Source: a virus
Taxonomy: Duplodnaviria > Heunggongvirae > Uroviricota > Caudoviricetes
Direction: 5' to 3' (one strand)
Length of the DNA: 64,000 nt
IMG/VR virus record: IMGVR_UViG_2837719392_000001
The notes beneath the pieces are model-generated. The model was not told the DNA's origin. It did no database searches and saw only the letters and a program-made list of their open reading frames with translations. The translations under genes and the position numbers were made by a program. Within the stretch, counting starts at the first letter, position 1, and the number at the start of each line of letters is the position of its first letter. Below, piece by piece: positions 35,532 to 45,196 of the stretch.

Positions 35532-36026
35532 TTGGAATTAAGAAATCTATTCCCTAATGAAGCTTTGGATTTTACACCATGGCTAGCAAAAAACAATTTA
35601 ATACCAGATATCATTCATACCCTCAACCTCTTTGATAATCCTATCCATCTCTATAAGACTGAAGTTTCAGTAGGAGACTATCGTTTAGATATGATTTACA
35701 AAGAATCTGGAGGGAAGGGGAGTCTGATAGTAGAAAATCAATATGGCAACAGTGACTCCCGACATCTCGGACAAATCATCGTTTATTCCAAGCTGACTCA
35801 TATACCTAAAATACTGTGGATATGTGATAAGGTGTGCTTGGAGCATCGAAGAATATCCGAGAGTTTGAATGGTATCGAGATAATCCCAGTGTCTATGGAG
35901 ATTGTTCCTAGAGCAGAGAGAAGATACTTCCTTAAATCTCACATATATGGCAACTATAACCGAGTTATCACTTATCGACTTGGGGAAGATTGTGAGGTTT
36001 TGGGAAGGATTATAAATGGAGTGTAG
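35532..36026 (+). CDS. putative PD-(D/E)xK-fold nuclease-like protein
   Basis: GDYRLDMIY...LIVENQYG arrangement resembles the D...ExK/Q restriction-endonuclease core. Low certainty. Confidence 0.35.
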   Translation: MELRNLFPNEALDFTPWLAKNNLIPDIIHTLNLFDNPIHLYKTEVSVGDYRLDMIYKESGGKGSLIVENQYGNSDSRHLGQIIVYSKLTHIPKILWICDKVCLEHRRISESLNGIEIIPVSMEIVPRAERRYFLKSHIYGNYNRVITYRLGEDCEVLGRIINGV

Positions 36027-36066
36027 ATATAAATTTCTTTGAAAAAAAGCATGAGGAGGTAGAAGA

Positions 36067-36507
36067 ATGGAAATTACAGTCAATTCAAATATTTTATTTG
36101 GAAGTATTATTGCAATTATAGTCATTATTGTTAGTCTAATAGGATTATTTTGTGATGAAGATGAAAAACATCTGACTCATATGGGATATTTTGCTTGTTT
36201 CTTTTTTGGAACAACAGCGTTAGCGTTAGTCCTTTTTGGAAACAGTGTATCATATTCTGAAAATACGGTATTTCTAACAGAAATTCCTAATACTCATGAA
36301 TATTACATCTATCATCAAGGAGATGAACAAAGTTCATTGCAGTATATGGCAGGAAATAAATTGATAACTGACAAAGTCAATGATTTAGAGATTATCTATG
36401 ATGCCAAAGATGAACCTTATATGGAAATAGAGGAAGGGAAAAGCATCATCAATCAGACAATAGAAAAAAATGTAACTATTCATATGACTATTGAGGGAAA
36501 TGAATAG
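36067..36507 (+). CDS. membrane-anchored protein, tandem paralog 1 of 4
   Basis: N-terminal TM helix. Conserved C-terminal motif PYMEIEEGKS...VTIHMTIEGNE. Confidence 0.45.
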   Translation: MEITVNSNILFGSIIAIIVIIVSLIGLFCDEDEKHLTHMGYFACFFFGTTALALVLFGNSVSYSENTVFLTEIPNTHEYYIYHQGDEQSSLQYMAGNKLITDKVNDLEIIYDAKDEPYMEIEEGKSIINQTIEKNVTIHMTIEGNE

Positions 36508-36552
36508 ACTTGAGATGCCAAAATGGCATTTCAAGATGTGAGGAGGTAATAG

Positions 36553-37014
36553 ATGGCAAATGTAATTATTATACTCGGAATAATTTTTTTAATCATTGGA
36601 TGCGTTTATGCTATATATTGTTTCATAAATGAAATGGACTTATATATGACGATATTCTTTTCTGTGTTTTGTTTGGTCATAGGTGGGATACTCATAAAAG
36701 ATGGAATAGATAGGAAGAACGCTAAAGAACAAGAACAAATGAGAAACGAGATTGTTGATATTGATGAAAGAACTGTTGTTCTCAAAGAATTACCAGAGCA
36801 ATCATCGTATTATGATGTTCAGAATTTGTCTGGTGGTACAAAGATAAAATATTTGGATGGCAAAGAATTAGTGACCTTAAATATTGATAATTATAGAGAA
36901 TTTTATGATGCCGAGAATCAACCATATATTGAAATCAAAGAGAGCAAAAATACATACGGTGACGTGCTAGAAACAAATGTTGTTATTCATTTGAAGGTGC
37001 TAGAAGATGACTAA
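36553..37014 (+). CDS. membrane-anchored protein, tandem paralog 2 of 4
   Basis: TM helix + QPYIEIKESKNTYGDVLETNVVIHLKVLEDD. Confidence 0.45.
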   Translation: MANVIIILGIIFLIIGCVYAIYCFINEMDLYMTIFFSVFCLVIGGILIKDGIDRKNAKEQEQMRNEIVDIDERTVVLKELPEQSSYYDVQNLSGGTKIKYLDGKELVTLNIDNYREFYDAENQPYIEIKESKNTYGDVLETNVVIHLKVLEDD

Positions 37015-37447
37015 TAATGAGCTTTTCCTTTATATAGGATTCGCATGTTTCTTCTTTGCGTTTATAGCTTTCTTGCAATTTCTTTGGGATGATTACGATG
37101 TTGTTATGAAGGAGTTTAGAGAAAGAGTATCCTTTTTTGCCATTTCCATAATCGTAGGATTCTTATGTTTTATTCCTGTGACGACATCTACTCAGGAAAA
37201 CACTATCAAACTCAAGCCTATACCTGAACAAGGAACTTATTACACGTATCAAGAGAGTGATAAAACAATACGATATTTAGATGGAAGTGAATTAAAGAGC
37301 ATGAAAGCAAATAGCTGTAAGGTTCTTTTTGATATTAATGATGATAAGCAGCCATATATGGTGAAAACTGATAATTACAATGTTTATGGCAATAAAATTC
37401 AGACAGAAGTAGTTGTACATTTGAATAGTTTAGAAACCCAAGAGTAA
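37007..37447 (+). CDS. membrane-anchored protein, tandem paralog 3 of 4
   Basis: TM helix + QPYMVKTDNYNVYGNKIQTEVVVHLNSLETQE. Confidence 0.45.
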   Translation: MTNNELFLYIGFACFFFAFIAFLQFLWDDYDVVMKEFRERVSFFAISIIVGFLCFIPVTTSTQENTIKLKPIPEQGTYYTYQESDKTIRYLDGSELKSMKANSCKVLFDINDDKQPYMVKTDNYNVYGNKIQTEVVVHLNSLETQE

Positions 37448-37458
37448 CGGAGGTATAT

Positions 37459-37884
37459 ATGATAATAGCATTTAGTCTTATATTGATAGGAATATTATTG
37501 TTTTGCTTAGGTTTATATTTGATGGAAGATTTTCATCCTGCATTATCATTATTATGCATTATTTTATGTTCAATTTCTGTGGCAGTAGGAGTTTTCTTTC
37601 CAATTGATAAGACAACAACAAAATATTATATTGCTGAAGAAATGAAAAATAACGAGGCTATTGCCTTACTAGAGAAAAACTGTGATGAATATACAATGAA
37701 GTATATAGAAGAAAATGAATTGAAGACAATAGATGAAGACAAGTCTGATACCAAAATTTACTTTGATGCTGAAAAGCCGTTTATCGAGGTGGAAAGAATA
37801 CAAACTCTATTCTTTAGTGGGACGTCTATGAGCTTGCATTTTCAAACACAAGAACAGATGGAAAAATTGATAGAAAATGAATAA
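37459..37884 (+). CDS. membrane-anchored protein, tandem paralog 4 of 4
   Basis: TM helix + KPFIEVERIQ... Confidence 0.45.
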   Translation: MIIAFSLILIGILLFCLGLYLMEDFHPALSLLCIILCSISVAVGVFFPIDKTTTKYYIAEEMKNNEAIALLEKNCDEYTMKYIEENELKTIDEDKSDTKIYFDAEKPFIEVERIQTLFFSGTSMSLHFQTQEQMEKLIENE

Positions 37885-37911
37885 CCTTATTTTAAATAGG
37901 AGGAGTAATAT

Positions 37912-38229
37912 ATGGATAAAACAAATCAAAACATTGAGCAGATATTTACTGACCCAAAAAAACTTGATAACTTCTTAGAAAATCCCAAGGAGTTAGAATA
38001 TGTATTATATGAATGTCTGACTCAAAAAGATAATACACGTTTTATTCAAATACTGACATTATTAAAAAGAAGGTTAAATCAAAGAACTAGAATGTCTGAA
38101 GATAATAATGAAAAAGCATATAAAATTGGATATGCTAAAGGAATGTTAAATCTCTGCATGAAAATGGCTACTATTAAGTCAGAAAATGAAATGAAAGAAT
38201 TAAATTCTTCAGATATAAAACAGAGGTGA
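37912..38229 (+). CDS. hypothetical protein
   Basis: 105-aa ORF with GGAGG RBS. Confidence 0.4.
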   Translation: MDKTNQNIEQIFTDPKKLDNFLENPKELEYVLYECLTQKDNTRFIQILTLLKRRLNQRTRMSEDNNEKAYKIGYAKGMLNLCMKMATIKSENEMKELNSSDIKQR

Positions 38230-38238
38230 TAAGGAAAA

Positions 38239-38634
38239 ATGACTGACAATTCAAAACACAAAATGAATTATGAAATTAAAACGGATGAAGATTATAACGT
38301 ATATATATTAGCTACAACAAATGACATCGATGTCCTTATTAAAATGAAAAATGGGCTTTTGCCGAATCCACATGGATATTCTAAAACGGAATTGTCCAGG
38401 GCAATAGAACTTTATAATACAGAAGAGTTTGTAAATACAAGAGAAGAACTTTTGAAAGATAATATTGAAGCATCCTATGAAGTAACACTGATTATTGATG
38501 ATTTTGGTAAAGACTTTTATTCAATTTATGGCGAACCAGAGATAGACGAATATTTAAAAAGTTTTTCAAATGAAAGATTTCGTATAAAGGATATAAAACA
38601 TTTAAAGGCTTTGAAAAGATATAAAAATTACTAA
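38239..38634 (+). CDS. hypothetical protein
   Basis: 131-aa ORF. Confidence 0.4.
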   Translation: MTDNSKHKMNYEIKTDEDYNVYILATTNDIDVLIKMKNGLLPNPHGYSKTELSRAIELYNTEEFVNTREELLKDNIEASYEVTLIIDDFGKDFYSIYGEPEIDEYLKSFSNERFRIKDIKHLKALKRYKNY

Positions 38635-38696
38635 TTGGTTTCAATCAAAAATAAGTATTAACAAAAACAAAAAAACAAAATATCAGAGGTGATACA

Positions 38697-38849
38697 ATGA
38701 CTATAGGAGATATAATACCTTTATTTCTTAAGCTATTTGCTCAATCGTGGGGACTCTGCTTTTTGGCTGTTTTTGCATGTATGAGCCTAAGTTTGTTGTT
38801 TTTGATTTTGATGGAACCAGTATTTCGAAAGTTAGATAAGAATACCTAA
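38697..38849 (+). CDS. small hydrophobic membrane peptide (50 aa)
   Basis: GAGGTGA RBS. MTIGDIIPLFLKLFAQSWGLCFLAVFACMSLSLLFLILMEPVFRKLDKNT. Confidence 0.4.
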   Translation: MTIGDIIPLFLKLFAQSWGLCFLAVFACMSLSLLFLILMEPVFRKLDKNT

Positions 38850-38883
38850 CCAAAAGTAGATAGAATTTTTGAAAGGTGATGAA

Positions 38884-39027
38884 ATGAATTATGTTTTGAT
38901 GATGATAGTTTGTGGAATGGTTGTTAATGGGTTTAGATTGACCATCAATAAAAAAATGGCTAAGGGCATGATAATGTACGCCTTAGCTATTGTTCTAACT
39001 GTATATAGTATTTCATGGCTTGGATAA
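38884..39027 (+). CDS. small hydrophobic membrane peptide (47 aa)
   Basis: MNYVLMMIVCGMVVNGFRLTINKKMAKGMIMYALAIVLTVYSISWLG. Confidence 0.35.
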   Translation: MNYVLMMIVCGMVVNGFRLTINKKMAKGMIMYALAIVLTVYSISWLG

Positions 39028-39055
39028 AAAAAGAGATGGCAAGCTATTTGCCATC
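39023..39055 (-). terminator. hairpin terminator (GATGGCAA-GCTATT-TTGCCATC) serving the minus-strand gene
   Basis: Hairpin followed on the minus strand by a T7 run. Confidence 0.5.
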
Positions 39056-39535
39056 TTCTTCACCTGTAAAGAAACCATCTAATAAACTATCAATTTCTTT
39101 ATCAAGTTTAGCATCGTCTTCAACTATAGGAGTATAGTTAGAAGTTGATACTTTTTGCTGAGTGTCTTTATTGACATCATTCAACATTGCCAAAAGCTCC
39201 TCTTTAGAGAAGTTTGACATGAGTGCTCTAAGTAATGGAGCATTTTGTTGGTCAGCAGCCTTAATATGTGCTTCCAACATATCTGCATTTGCAGAAATTT
39301 TGGCTTGTTCAACTTTAGCTCTTTCAACCTTAACTTTTTCTCTGTGAGCAAGTAAGTTAAGAACTGCACTTCCAATAATAGCAAAGATAGCCATTATGAA
39401 TAAGATAATTAGTGCAATTTGTACCAAGTTAAACATTCCTTCAACATTGTTCATGGCAGCAGTATTTTCTGCGTATGCCTGTTCGTACTGTGATGCTAAA
39501 TCTGCATATGAAGATAAAGTTATAAAGTTTGCCAT
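39044..39535 (-). CDS. membrane protein with coiled-coil C-terminus
   Basis: 163-aa ORF with central TM helix IALIILFIMAIFAIIGSAVLNLL. Confidence 0.45.
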   Translation of the reverse strand: MANFITLSSYADLASQYEQAYAENTAAMNNVEGMFNLVQIALIILFIMAIFAIIGSAVLNLLAHREKVKVERAKVEQAKISANADMLEAHIKAADQQNAPLLRALMSNFSKEELLAMLNDVNKDTQQKVSTSNYTPIVEDDAKLDKEIDSLLDGFFTGEEDGK

Positions 39536-39873
39536 AATATTCTCCCTTCCGATACATTCAAATGAATATACCTCACCCTGGCAAAGAATATATATTTTAT
39601 AGTTTATATATTCAGGTGGCCTAAATTTATTAGGACTTGAAATGAATAGTTGATATTTAATCCATAAATGATGTGAAGTGAAGAAAGATAAATATCAGAC
39701 TCCCAAAACACAAAAAAGAGACTTTGAAATAAAGTCTCAAGTCGGAATAAATATACATATATATTATAGCATCAACATTGCTATTTGTAATAAAACGAAA
39801 TATTTTAAATATATATTTAGAAAATAACTAAAGTCATGCTTGATATGATAAAATAAAGATGTGGAGGTGGAAC

Positions 39874-40524
39874 ATGACAGTAAATAAAATCATAAAAAAA
39901 ATCATTATTTATACTTTCTTCTTCTCTTTAATCTTTTCAACTGTTTATTTCATTAAAGACAATGTAGAAAAACAAAAAGAAATTAAGGAAACGATAGCCT
40001 TTTTGTTCGACAACTGGCACAGTCAGAACATGGAGGGTATCTATGATATTTCAAAGACAAAGGCAGAGGACAATATATTCCAATATAAGACTGGATTCGA
40101 AGAGAACGAAGTCATTAGTGATATTATTAATAAACATATATATGAAGGACCTGAGTATGACTTAGATAGAGATATTGTTATAGATGGTATAGGAAAAAAA
40201 GATGCAAAGGCTTCTGTCACAATAAGTCTGCGTACATATAATAATCTTGAAGTTATAGATACTGTTATAGAAACGTTACTCAATGATAATAGTAAAATTA
40301 CAAAAGATTATCAACATGACAAATTTGTCGAAAGCAACGAAGACAGTATTTTGAAAGCTACACAAGAGGTAGAAAAGACATCGCAGAAGAAAATGATTAT
40401 TTATATGGAGTGTGAAGATAATAAATGGACAATTCCTTATCAAAATAATAAAAATTTCTATGATGCTATGAGTGGTGGAATGATAACATTCAGTGAATCA
40501 GTTAATACTGAGGTTGATATATAA
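39874..40524 (+). CDS. membrane-anchored hypothetical protein
   Basis: GGAGGTGG RBS. N-terminal TM helix IIIYTFFFSLIFSTVYF. Confidence 0.45.
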   Translation: MTVNKIIKKIIIYTFFFSLIFSTVYFIKDNVEKQKEIKETIAFLFDNWHSQNMEGIYDISKTKAEDNIFQYKTGFEENEVISDIINKHIYEGPEYDLDRDIVIDGIGKKDAKASVTISLRTYNNLEVIDTVIETLLNDNSKITKDYQHDKFVESNEDSILKATQEVEKTSQKKMIIYMECEDNKWTIPYQNNKNFYDAMSGGMITFSESVNTEVDI

Positions 40525-40815
40525 AAAAGGCCTCCCATCTGGGAGACCTGTTCGTATGAGATAGATTTTCATAACATGATAAGATGAAATTCCTATCTCT
40601 AAAATCAAATATCAACTATATTCATTTTTTACTGAAATAATAAGGGAGAAAAAAATTTCAGCAGTCTTATTTTTTATCCTGACAGAAAAAATGGAGGGAG
40701 GTGGTCTGCATACAATGCAATCTGCCAAGACATTATTATATTATCGGTTAATTAAGACAATATTATTGTAGCATATAAATTGGATTTTGTAGGAAATCAT
40801 AAGAGGTGGTTATAT

Positions 40816-41061
40816 ATGGGAAAAAAAAGACATCCATTAACAGTTTTAAAGTCCATTAGGGAACAAAGGGGCATCACTCAAGCCGAATTAGCTAAAGAAT
40901 TGCTTGTCACTCCACAGTATTACAGTGCTCTGGAAAGAGGATTGAATGAACTGACATATTATGATGCCTATTTGATAGCAAGAAAATTAGGAATGCCTCC
41001 AGATGCATTGTTTATGGAAGATGCTATTGATAGATTGAGAGGAGAAGGGGGAAGAAGGTAG
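40816..41061 (+). CDS. XRE-family helix-turn-helix transcriptional regulator
   Basis: LTVLKSIREQRGITQAELAKELLVTPQYYSALERG HTH_3 pattern. Confidence 0.65.
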   Translation: MGKKRHPLTVLKSIREQRGITQAELAKELLVTPQYYSALERGLNELTYYDAYLIARKLGMPPDALFMEDAIDRLRGEGGRR

Positions 41062-41141
41062 CAAAAATTAATTAGATATAATAATTTGGTTAGAATGGAT
41101 TATCATTATTGAATATGATATGATATAGCAAAAGAAAAGAG

Positions 41142-42098
41142 TTGAGAAAAATGTTTAAAATGAATTACAATGGAGGACTATTAGGGGTAATCATAGATGA
41201 AAACATAAACTTTAATTCTAGATTTTTAAAAGAAGTATCTAGGATTTTCCCTATAGTTGATAAGAATGATGAAATAACGCAAATAGTAATTACACAGTTA
41301 GGGTCTATATATATTGATAATATATCATTGACATATTTATATAATATTTGTGCCTATTTCTACAAAAAGAAAGGAATAAAATGTATGGTACAAAAAATTT
41401 TATATAACAGAATCGATAATACTATTAAATCTTATGATGCTGATAAATATAATTTTATTGAAATGAATGAAATATATGTTGGAAAAATAAATTATTATAC
41501 ATTGTATGGAGAAAATGAATTTACTCATGTTGTAAAAGGAATAACGGATTATATTTTAAGTAAAAGTATTGTACATAAGAAAAATAAAATTGAAGAATTT
41601 CTAAAAACAACAATTGGAGAAATATTTTCAAATGCAAGTTATCATAATCAGATAAAAGAATATTATTTTTTTCAGGACTCGAGTTTAATCGAAGGAGAAA
41701 TATATCTTACGGTTAATGTTATAGATTATGGGAATACTATAATTGCAAATGTAAACAAGTATTTTAAAGAAAATAATATAGTTGAAAAAACCAGAGAAAA
41801 AAGAATAGACTGGGCTATTAAGCAAGGAAATACAACTCGCATAGGTAGTGGAGGATATGGGTTGAGTACATTAATTCAATATTTAAAAAATGTAAATGGT
41901 AAACTAATAATTCTTTCTGGCAATGAAATATATGAATTGTCACCAAAAAGTGCTAATACCACAAACCTAGAAAATGCTTCATTTCCCGGCACAATTGTGT
42001 CGTTTACAGTACATCTTTATGATTTGGATAATTACTTGGAATATGATACTGATAGAAACACAATTCAAACTAGAAGTATTAATTTAAATGATATATAA
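41142..42098 (+). CDS. GHKL-type (histidine-kinase-like) ATPase domain protein
   Basis: C-terminal N-box/G-box: IGEIFSNASYHNQ...VIDYGNTI...IGSGGYGLSTL...NGKLIILSG. Confidence 0.5.
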   Translation: MRKMFKMNYNGGLLGVIIDENINFNSRFLKEVSRIFPIVDKNDEITQIVITQLGSIYIDNISLTYLYNICAYFYKKKGIKCMVQKILYNRIDNTIKSYDADKYNFIEMNEIYVGKINYYTLYGENEFTHVVKGITDYILSKSIVHKKNKIEEFLKTTIGEIFSNASYHNQIKEYYFFQDSSLIEGEIYLTVNVIDYGNTIIANVNKYFKENNIVEKTREKRIDWAIKQGNTTRIGSGGYGLSTLIQYLKNVNGKLIILSGNEIYELSPKSANTTNLENASFPGTIVSFTVHLYDLDNYLEYDTDRNTIQTRSINLNDI

Positions 42099-42122
42099 TA
42101 TAAATGATAATGGGGTGAGAAG

Positions 42123-42425
42123 ATGATTATAAAGATTAAAGATTTTGCACAAGGAGATACAGCTGTCTCTTATGAAGAAGGAAGAAAATGTTATGATTTA
42201 ATGAAGGAAGGCTTAAATAGAGGCGAAAAAATAGTTTTAGATTTTAATGATGTCAAGTATGTTATAACAGCTTTTTTGAATCCAGTTATCGGCGATGCAA
42301 TATTAAATTATGATAAAAACATTATGAATAAAATAGATATAAATAATGCTTCTACAGATATTATAGAGAAAATAAAACTTGTAAAAGAAGGTGCTTTAAT
42401 TAAAAGAGAGGATTTAGATGAGTAA
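42123..42425 (+). CDS. STAS-like (DUF4325-type) small protein, partner of the GHKL ATPase
   Basis: 100 aa. Operon context. Pattern resembles anti-sigma-antagonist-like STAS. Confidence 0.4.
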   Translation: MIIKIKDFAQGDTAVSYEEGRKCYDLMKEGLNRGEKIVLDFNDVKYVITAFLNPVIGDAILNYDKNIMNKIDINNASTDIIEKIKLVKEGALIKREDLDE

Positions 42426-42930
42426 AGTATTTTTAGATACATGTGTATGGTTTGAGTTAGTAGCTGGAGCAAATCCAACTTCTGCTCATCAGATATTACA
42501 AACTCAAAAAGCAACAGATTTATTAAATAATATATTAAGTAGTAATGATGAAATAATTACATTAGATATTCAATTAATCGAATTAACTCAAACTATAATT
42601 AAAGCAAAATTAAAAGAATGTAATAGAGATTTAAAACAAAATGGGCAATCAGGAATTGGAAATATAAAACAATTTAGAAATGACCCTACATGCCATCAAT
42701 ATTATTCTAATGCAATAAATGTGTGTTCACATGCAATCAATGATATTAGAGCATTTTCTAAAAAAATTGAAATATATCATAGTGATATTGATAAAATATT
42801 ATGTAATTTAATTAAAGCGGATATAAATGACTATATATATTATGAATTTTGTCAAAAAAATGATATAAGACTATACACATTTGACCAAGATTTTAATGAC
42901 TTTGAATATCAATACTTAAATATACTTTAG
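42418..42930 (+). CDS. PIN-domain nuclease-like protein
   Basis: N-terminal VFLDTCVWFELVAG (PIN acidic motif 1). 8-nt overlap with the upstream gene. Confidence 0.45.
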   Translation: MSKVFLDTCVWFELVAGANPTSAHQILQTQKATDLLNNILSSNDEIITLDIQLIELTQTIIKAKLKECNRDLKQNGQSGIGNIKQFRNDPTCHQYYSNAINVCSHAINDIRAFSKKIEIYHSDIDKILCNLIKADINDYIYYEFCQKNDIRLYTFDQDFNDFEYQYLNIL

Positions 42931-43104
42931 AAAGCTTATTTTAGTTTCTACGCAGAAAAAATAATATGAGCAAGTTTATGGTAAAATATAAATGTAAATA
43001 TAAACGAAACAGGACATGTCAACAGATATGTCTTTTTTTATTGCTCATATTTACGAAAATAATGGAAAGGAGCTCTTCAATAAGCAAGAGAAAGTGACAA
43101 AAAA

Positions 43105-44490
43105 ATGAAAAAAGAACAATTCAAATCAGTGGAGATAGGACAATCTCGAAATAAAGCAATGATTATAGGATATCTGCCAGAATTTGATAAGATTTCAATT
43201 TATAACCATGTACAGGAAATTAAATTAAAAGCAACAGATGTTGAATATCAGTTTAATTTTAATCCTAGATATGTTCATATGAAAGAAAGTATCTATAGTG
43301 GGAGTGAAGAAGAACAAATCTGCAAAAAATCCAACAATAATCTCAAAAGATTATCTCAAATCATTAATAATACTAATAAAGACTTTAAAACGAATCATCA
43401 ATTTATAGTCTTTCATTACTCATTAATTGATTCTATTAATAAATGGTTAGACGATTTATGGGAATCAACCAAATATATGAAATATGGAAATTTGAAGAAT
43501 GATGTTGGGTTATTGCATGACGTTTTTCATAATACTGAAAAAGAATGGGTTGTGATTGATGGTAATAGTTACTTTTCATCAATTCATCAAAGTTATTTAG
43601 CAAGGAAACAATTAAAGAATGTCCCAGATGAAATTAAGGAATGGTCAAAGTATTATAATGTCAGAAAATCATTAGAAAAAGCTTATACAAAAGATATGCT
43701 GTCAACGCAAAGTGATGAATATGACATACAGATGATTCAATTGATTGCTTTGGTTATGGAAAAGAATATGAGTTCATGGAATCAAAGTGATAAAATAGAT
43801 TTTATGAAGATTTTGTATAGATTATTATTTGCCATTACTTATAGAAATAAGGATAAATGGATAAATGCTAATGATATGTTTGTTTATATACAAGCAATAA
43901 GATATCTTACATTGCCATTTGATAAGACAACAACATTTAAACAGACAAATAGAATGAATTATATTCTTTTGACTGCATTATATGAAAAGGATAAGAATCT
44001 AGAAAAAACAACTTTTAATATCAAGATGTTTAGAAACCTTATTGAGGGATTAATTTCAAAGAATGAACGAAAAGAGAAATTAGATTATGTCTTAGATGGT
44101 TTAAATGAAGTGTATAATGCGATGATTTACTATCAGAACGAATCTCTTCATATTTTAAAGGATATTGACGGACAATCTGCACGAGACAGATTGACAAAGA
44201 TTGATTCTTTATGTGCAAATGGAGTTATGAAATATACTTCAAAGTGTAGAGACAAGATTATTAATGATGATATTGATATTGTTCAGATGCGTAAGAAATT
44301 AAAACAAATGGCTGATAATATGATAAAAGTTTATCAAAATTATCTTAATAATAATGTAACAAAATTATTGCACAATAATCCCAAATTAGCGAGCAACATT
44401 TCAAATATTTATAAGCTTGGACACTTTGAAGACAACCTAACAGAAAGAGATTTTTTCTTATTGGTTATGGATGCTTTGAAATGTTCTTGA
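43105..44490 (+). CDS. hypothetical protein (very AT-rich gene)
   Basis: 461-aa ORF. Confidence 0.4.
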   Translation: MKKEQFKSVEIGQSRNKAMIIGYLPEFDKISIYNHVQEIKLKATDVEYQFNFNPRYVHMKESIYSGSEEEQICKKSNNNLKRLSQIINNTNKDFKTNHQFIVFHYSLIDSINKWLDDLWESTKYMKYGNLKNDVGLLHDVFHNTEKEWVVIDGNSYFSSIHQSYLARKQLKNVPDEIKEWSKYYNVRKSLEKAYTKDMLSTQSDEYDIQMIQLIALVMEKNMSSWNQSDKIDFMKILYRLLFAITYRNKDKWINANDMFVYIQAIRYLTLPFDKTTTFKQTNRMNYILLTALYEKDKNLEKTTFNIKMFRNLIEGLISKNERKEKLDYVLDGLNEVYNAMIYYQNESLHILKDIDGQSARDRLTKIDSLCANGVMKYTSKCRDKIINDDIDIVQMRKKLKQMADNMIKVYQNYLNNNVTKLLHNNPKLASNISNIYKLGHFEDNLTERDFFLLVMDALKCS

Positions 44491-44504
44491 AAGGAAGTGA
44501 TTAT

Positions 44505-45062
44505 ATGAATTTAAGAAAGAAAATAGAGGAAACGAAGAATTGTATTGAAAAAGATAATTATGCAAATAGAAATTATGAGATTTGCTGCAGTTATCTAGAA
44601 TCTATAAAACTCAGAATTCAAGATAAAGAAAGAGGTGAAGATAACCATTACACTGTTATGATGTGCCCACCTAAAACCCCAAACATTGATTCATACCTTA
44701 TATGTTCCAAACAACATAATGATTATGCTATTCAGATAAAGCAAGGAAAGAATAAGGATAAGGAATCAAAAAATAGAATGTGGCATAACAAATACAAAAA
44801 TATTATGAATACTGATAATTATCTCTATCTTACATATGAAAAAGAATCAGATAGAATAAGCTATAATAGCCAATGGCATGTTCAAGAAGATAATACAGTA
44901 GAAACAATTCAATATATCGAAAAAAGAAAGCAAGATAATCCAAAAGAATATAAGTTTCTGAAAAAGATGATGGAAAATCTTGCTTTTTCTAATGCAAATG
45001 AAGATGAGATGGATTGGATATTATTAAATAGATTCTATGCATATCTATTTCAAAATAACTAA
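44505..45062 (+). CDS. hypothetical protein
   Basis: Start moved to MNLRKK with RBS GGAAGTGA. ORF track start 44481 overlaps the upstream gene. Confidence 0.4.
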   Translation: MNLRKKIEETKNCIEKDNYANRNYEICCSYLESIKLRIQDKERGEDNHYTVMMCPPKTPNIDSYLICSKQHNDYAIQIKQGKNKDKESKNRMWHNKYKNIMNTDNYLYLTYEKESDRISYNSQWHVQEDNTVETIQYIEKRKQDNPKEYKFLKKMMENLAFSNANEDEMDWILLNRFYAYLFQNN

Positions 45063-45123
45063 TCCTCTTTATCCATTATCTATTTAAATATGATATACTA
45101 TTAATGTAATCTTAATACGAATA

Positions 45124-45155
45124 AAAGACACGTCATTTCGATGTGTCTTTTTTGT
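45124..45155 (+). terminator. rho-independent terminator
   Basis: AGACAC-n11-GTGTCT + T6. Confidence 0.55.
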
Positions 45156-45196
45156 TTAGGAGAAAAAATTAAAACAAGAAAGGATGAAACAAAATT

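Noticed and set aside
40527-40550. Hairpin AGGCCTCCCA-TC-TGGGAGACCT after gene 39874..40524 as a rho-independent terminator
   Set aside because: Good stem but no downstream T-run. Left unannotated as a terminator (it could still be a processing or stability element).
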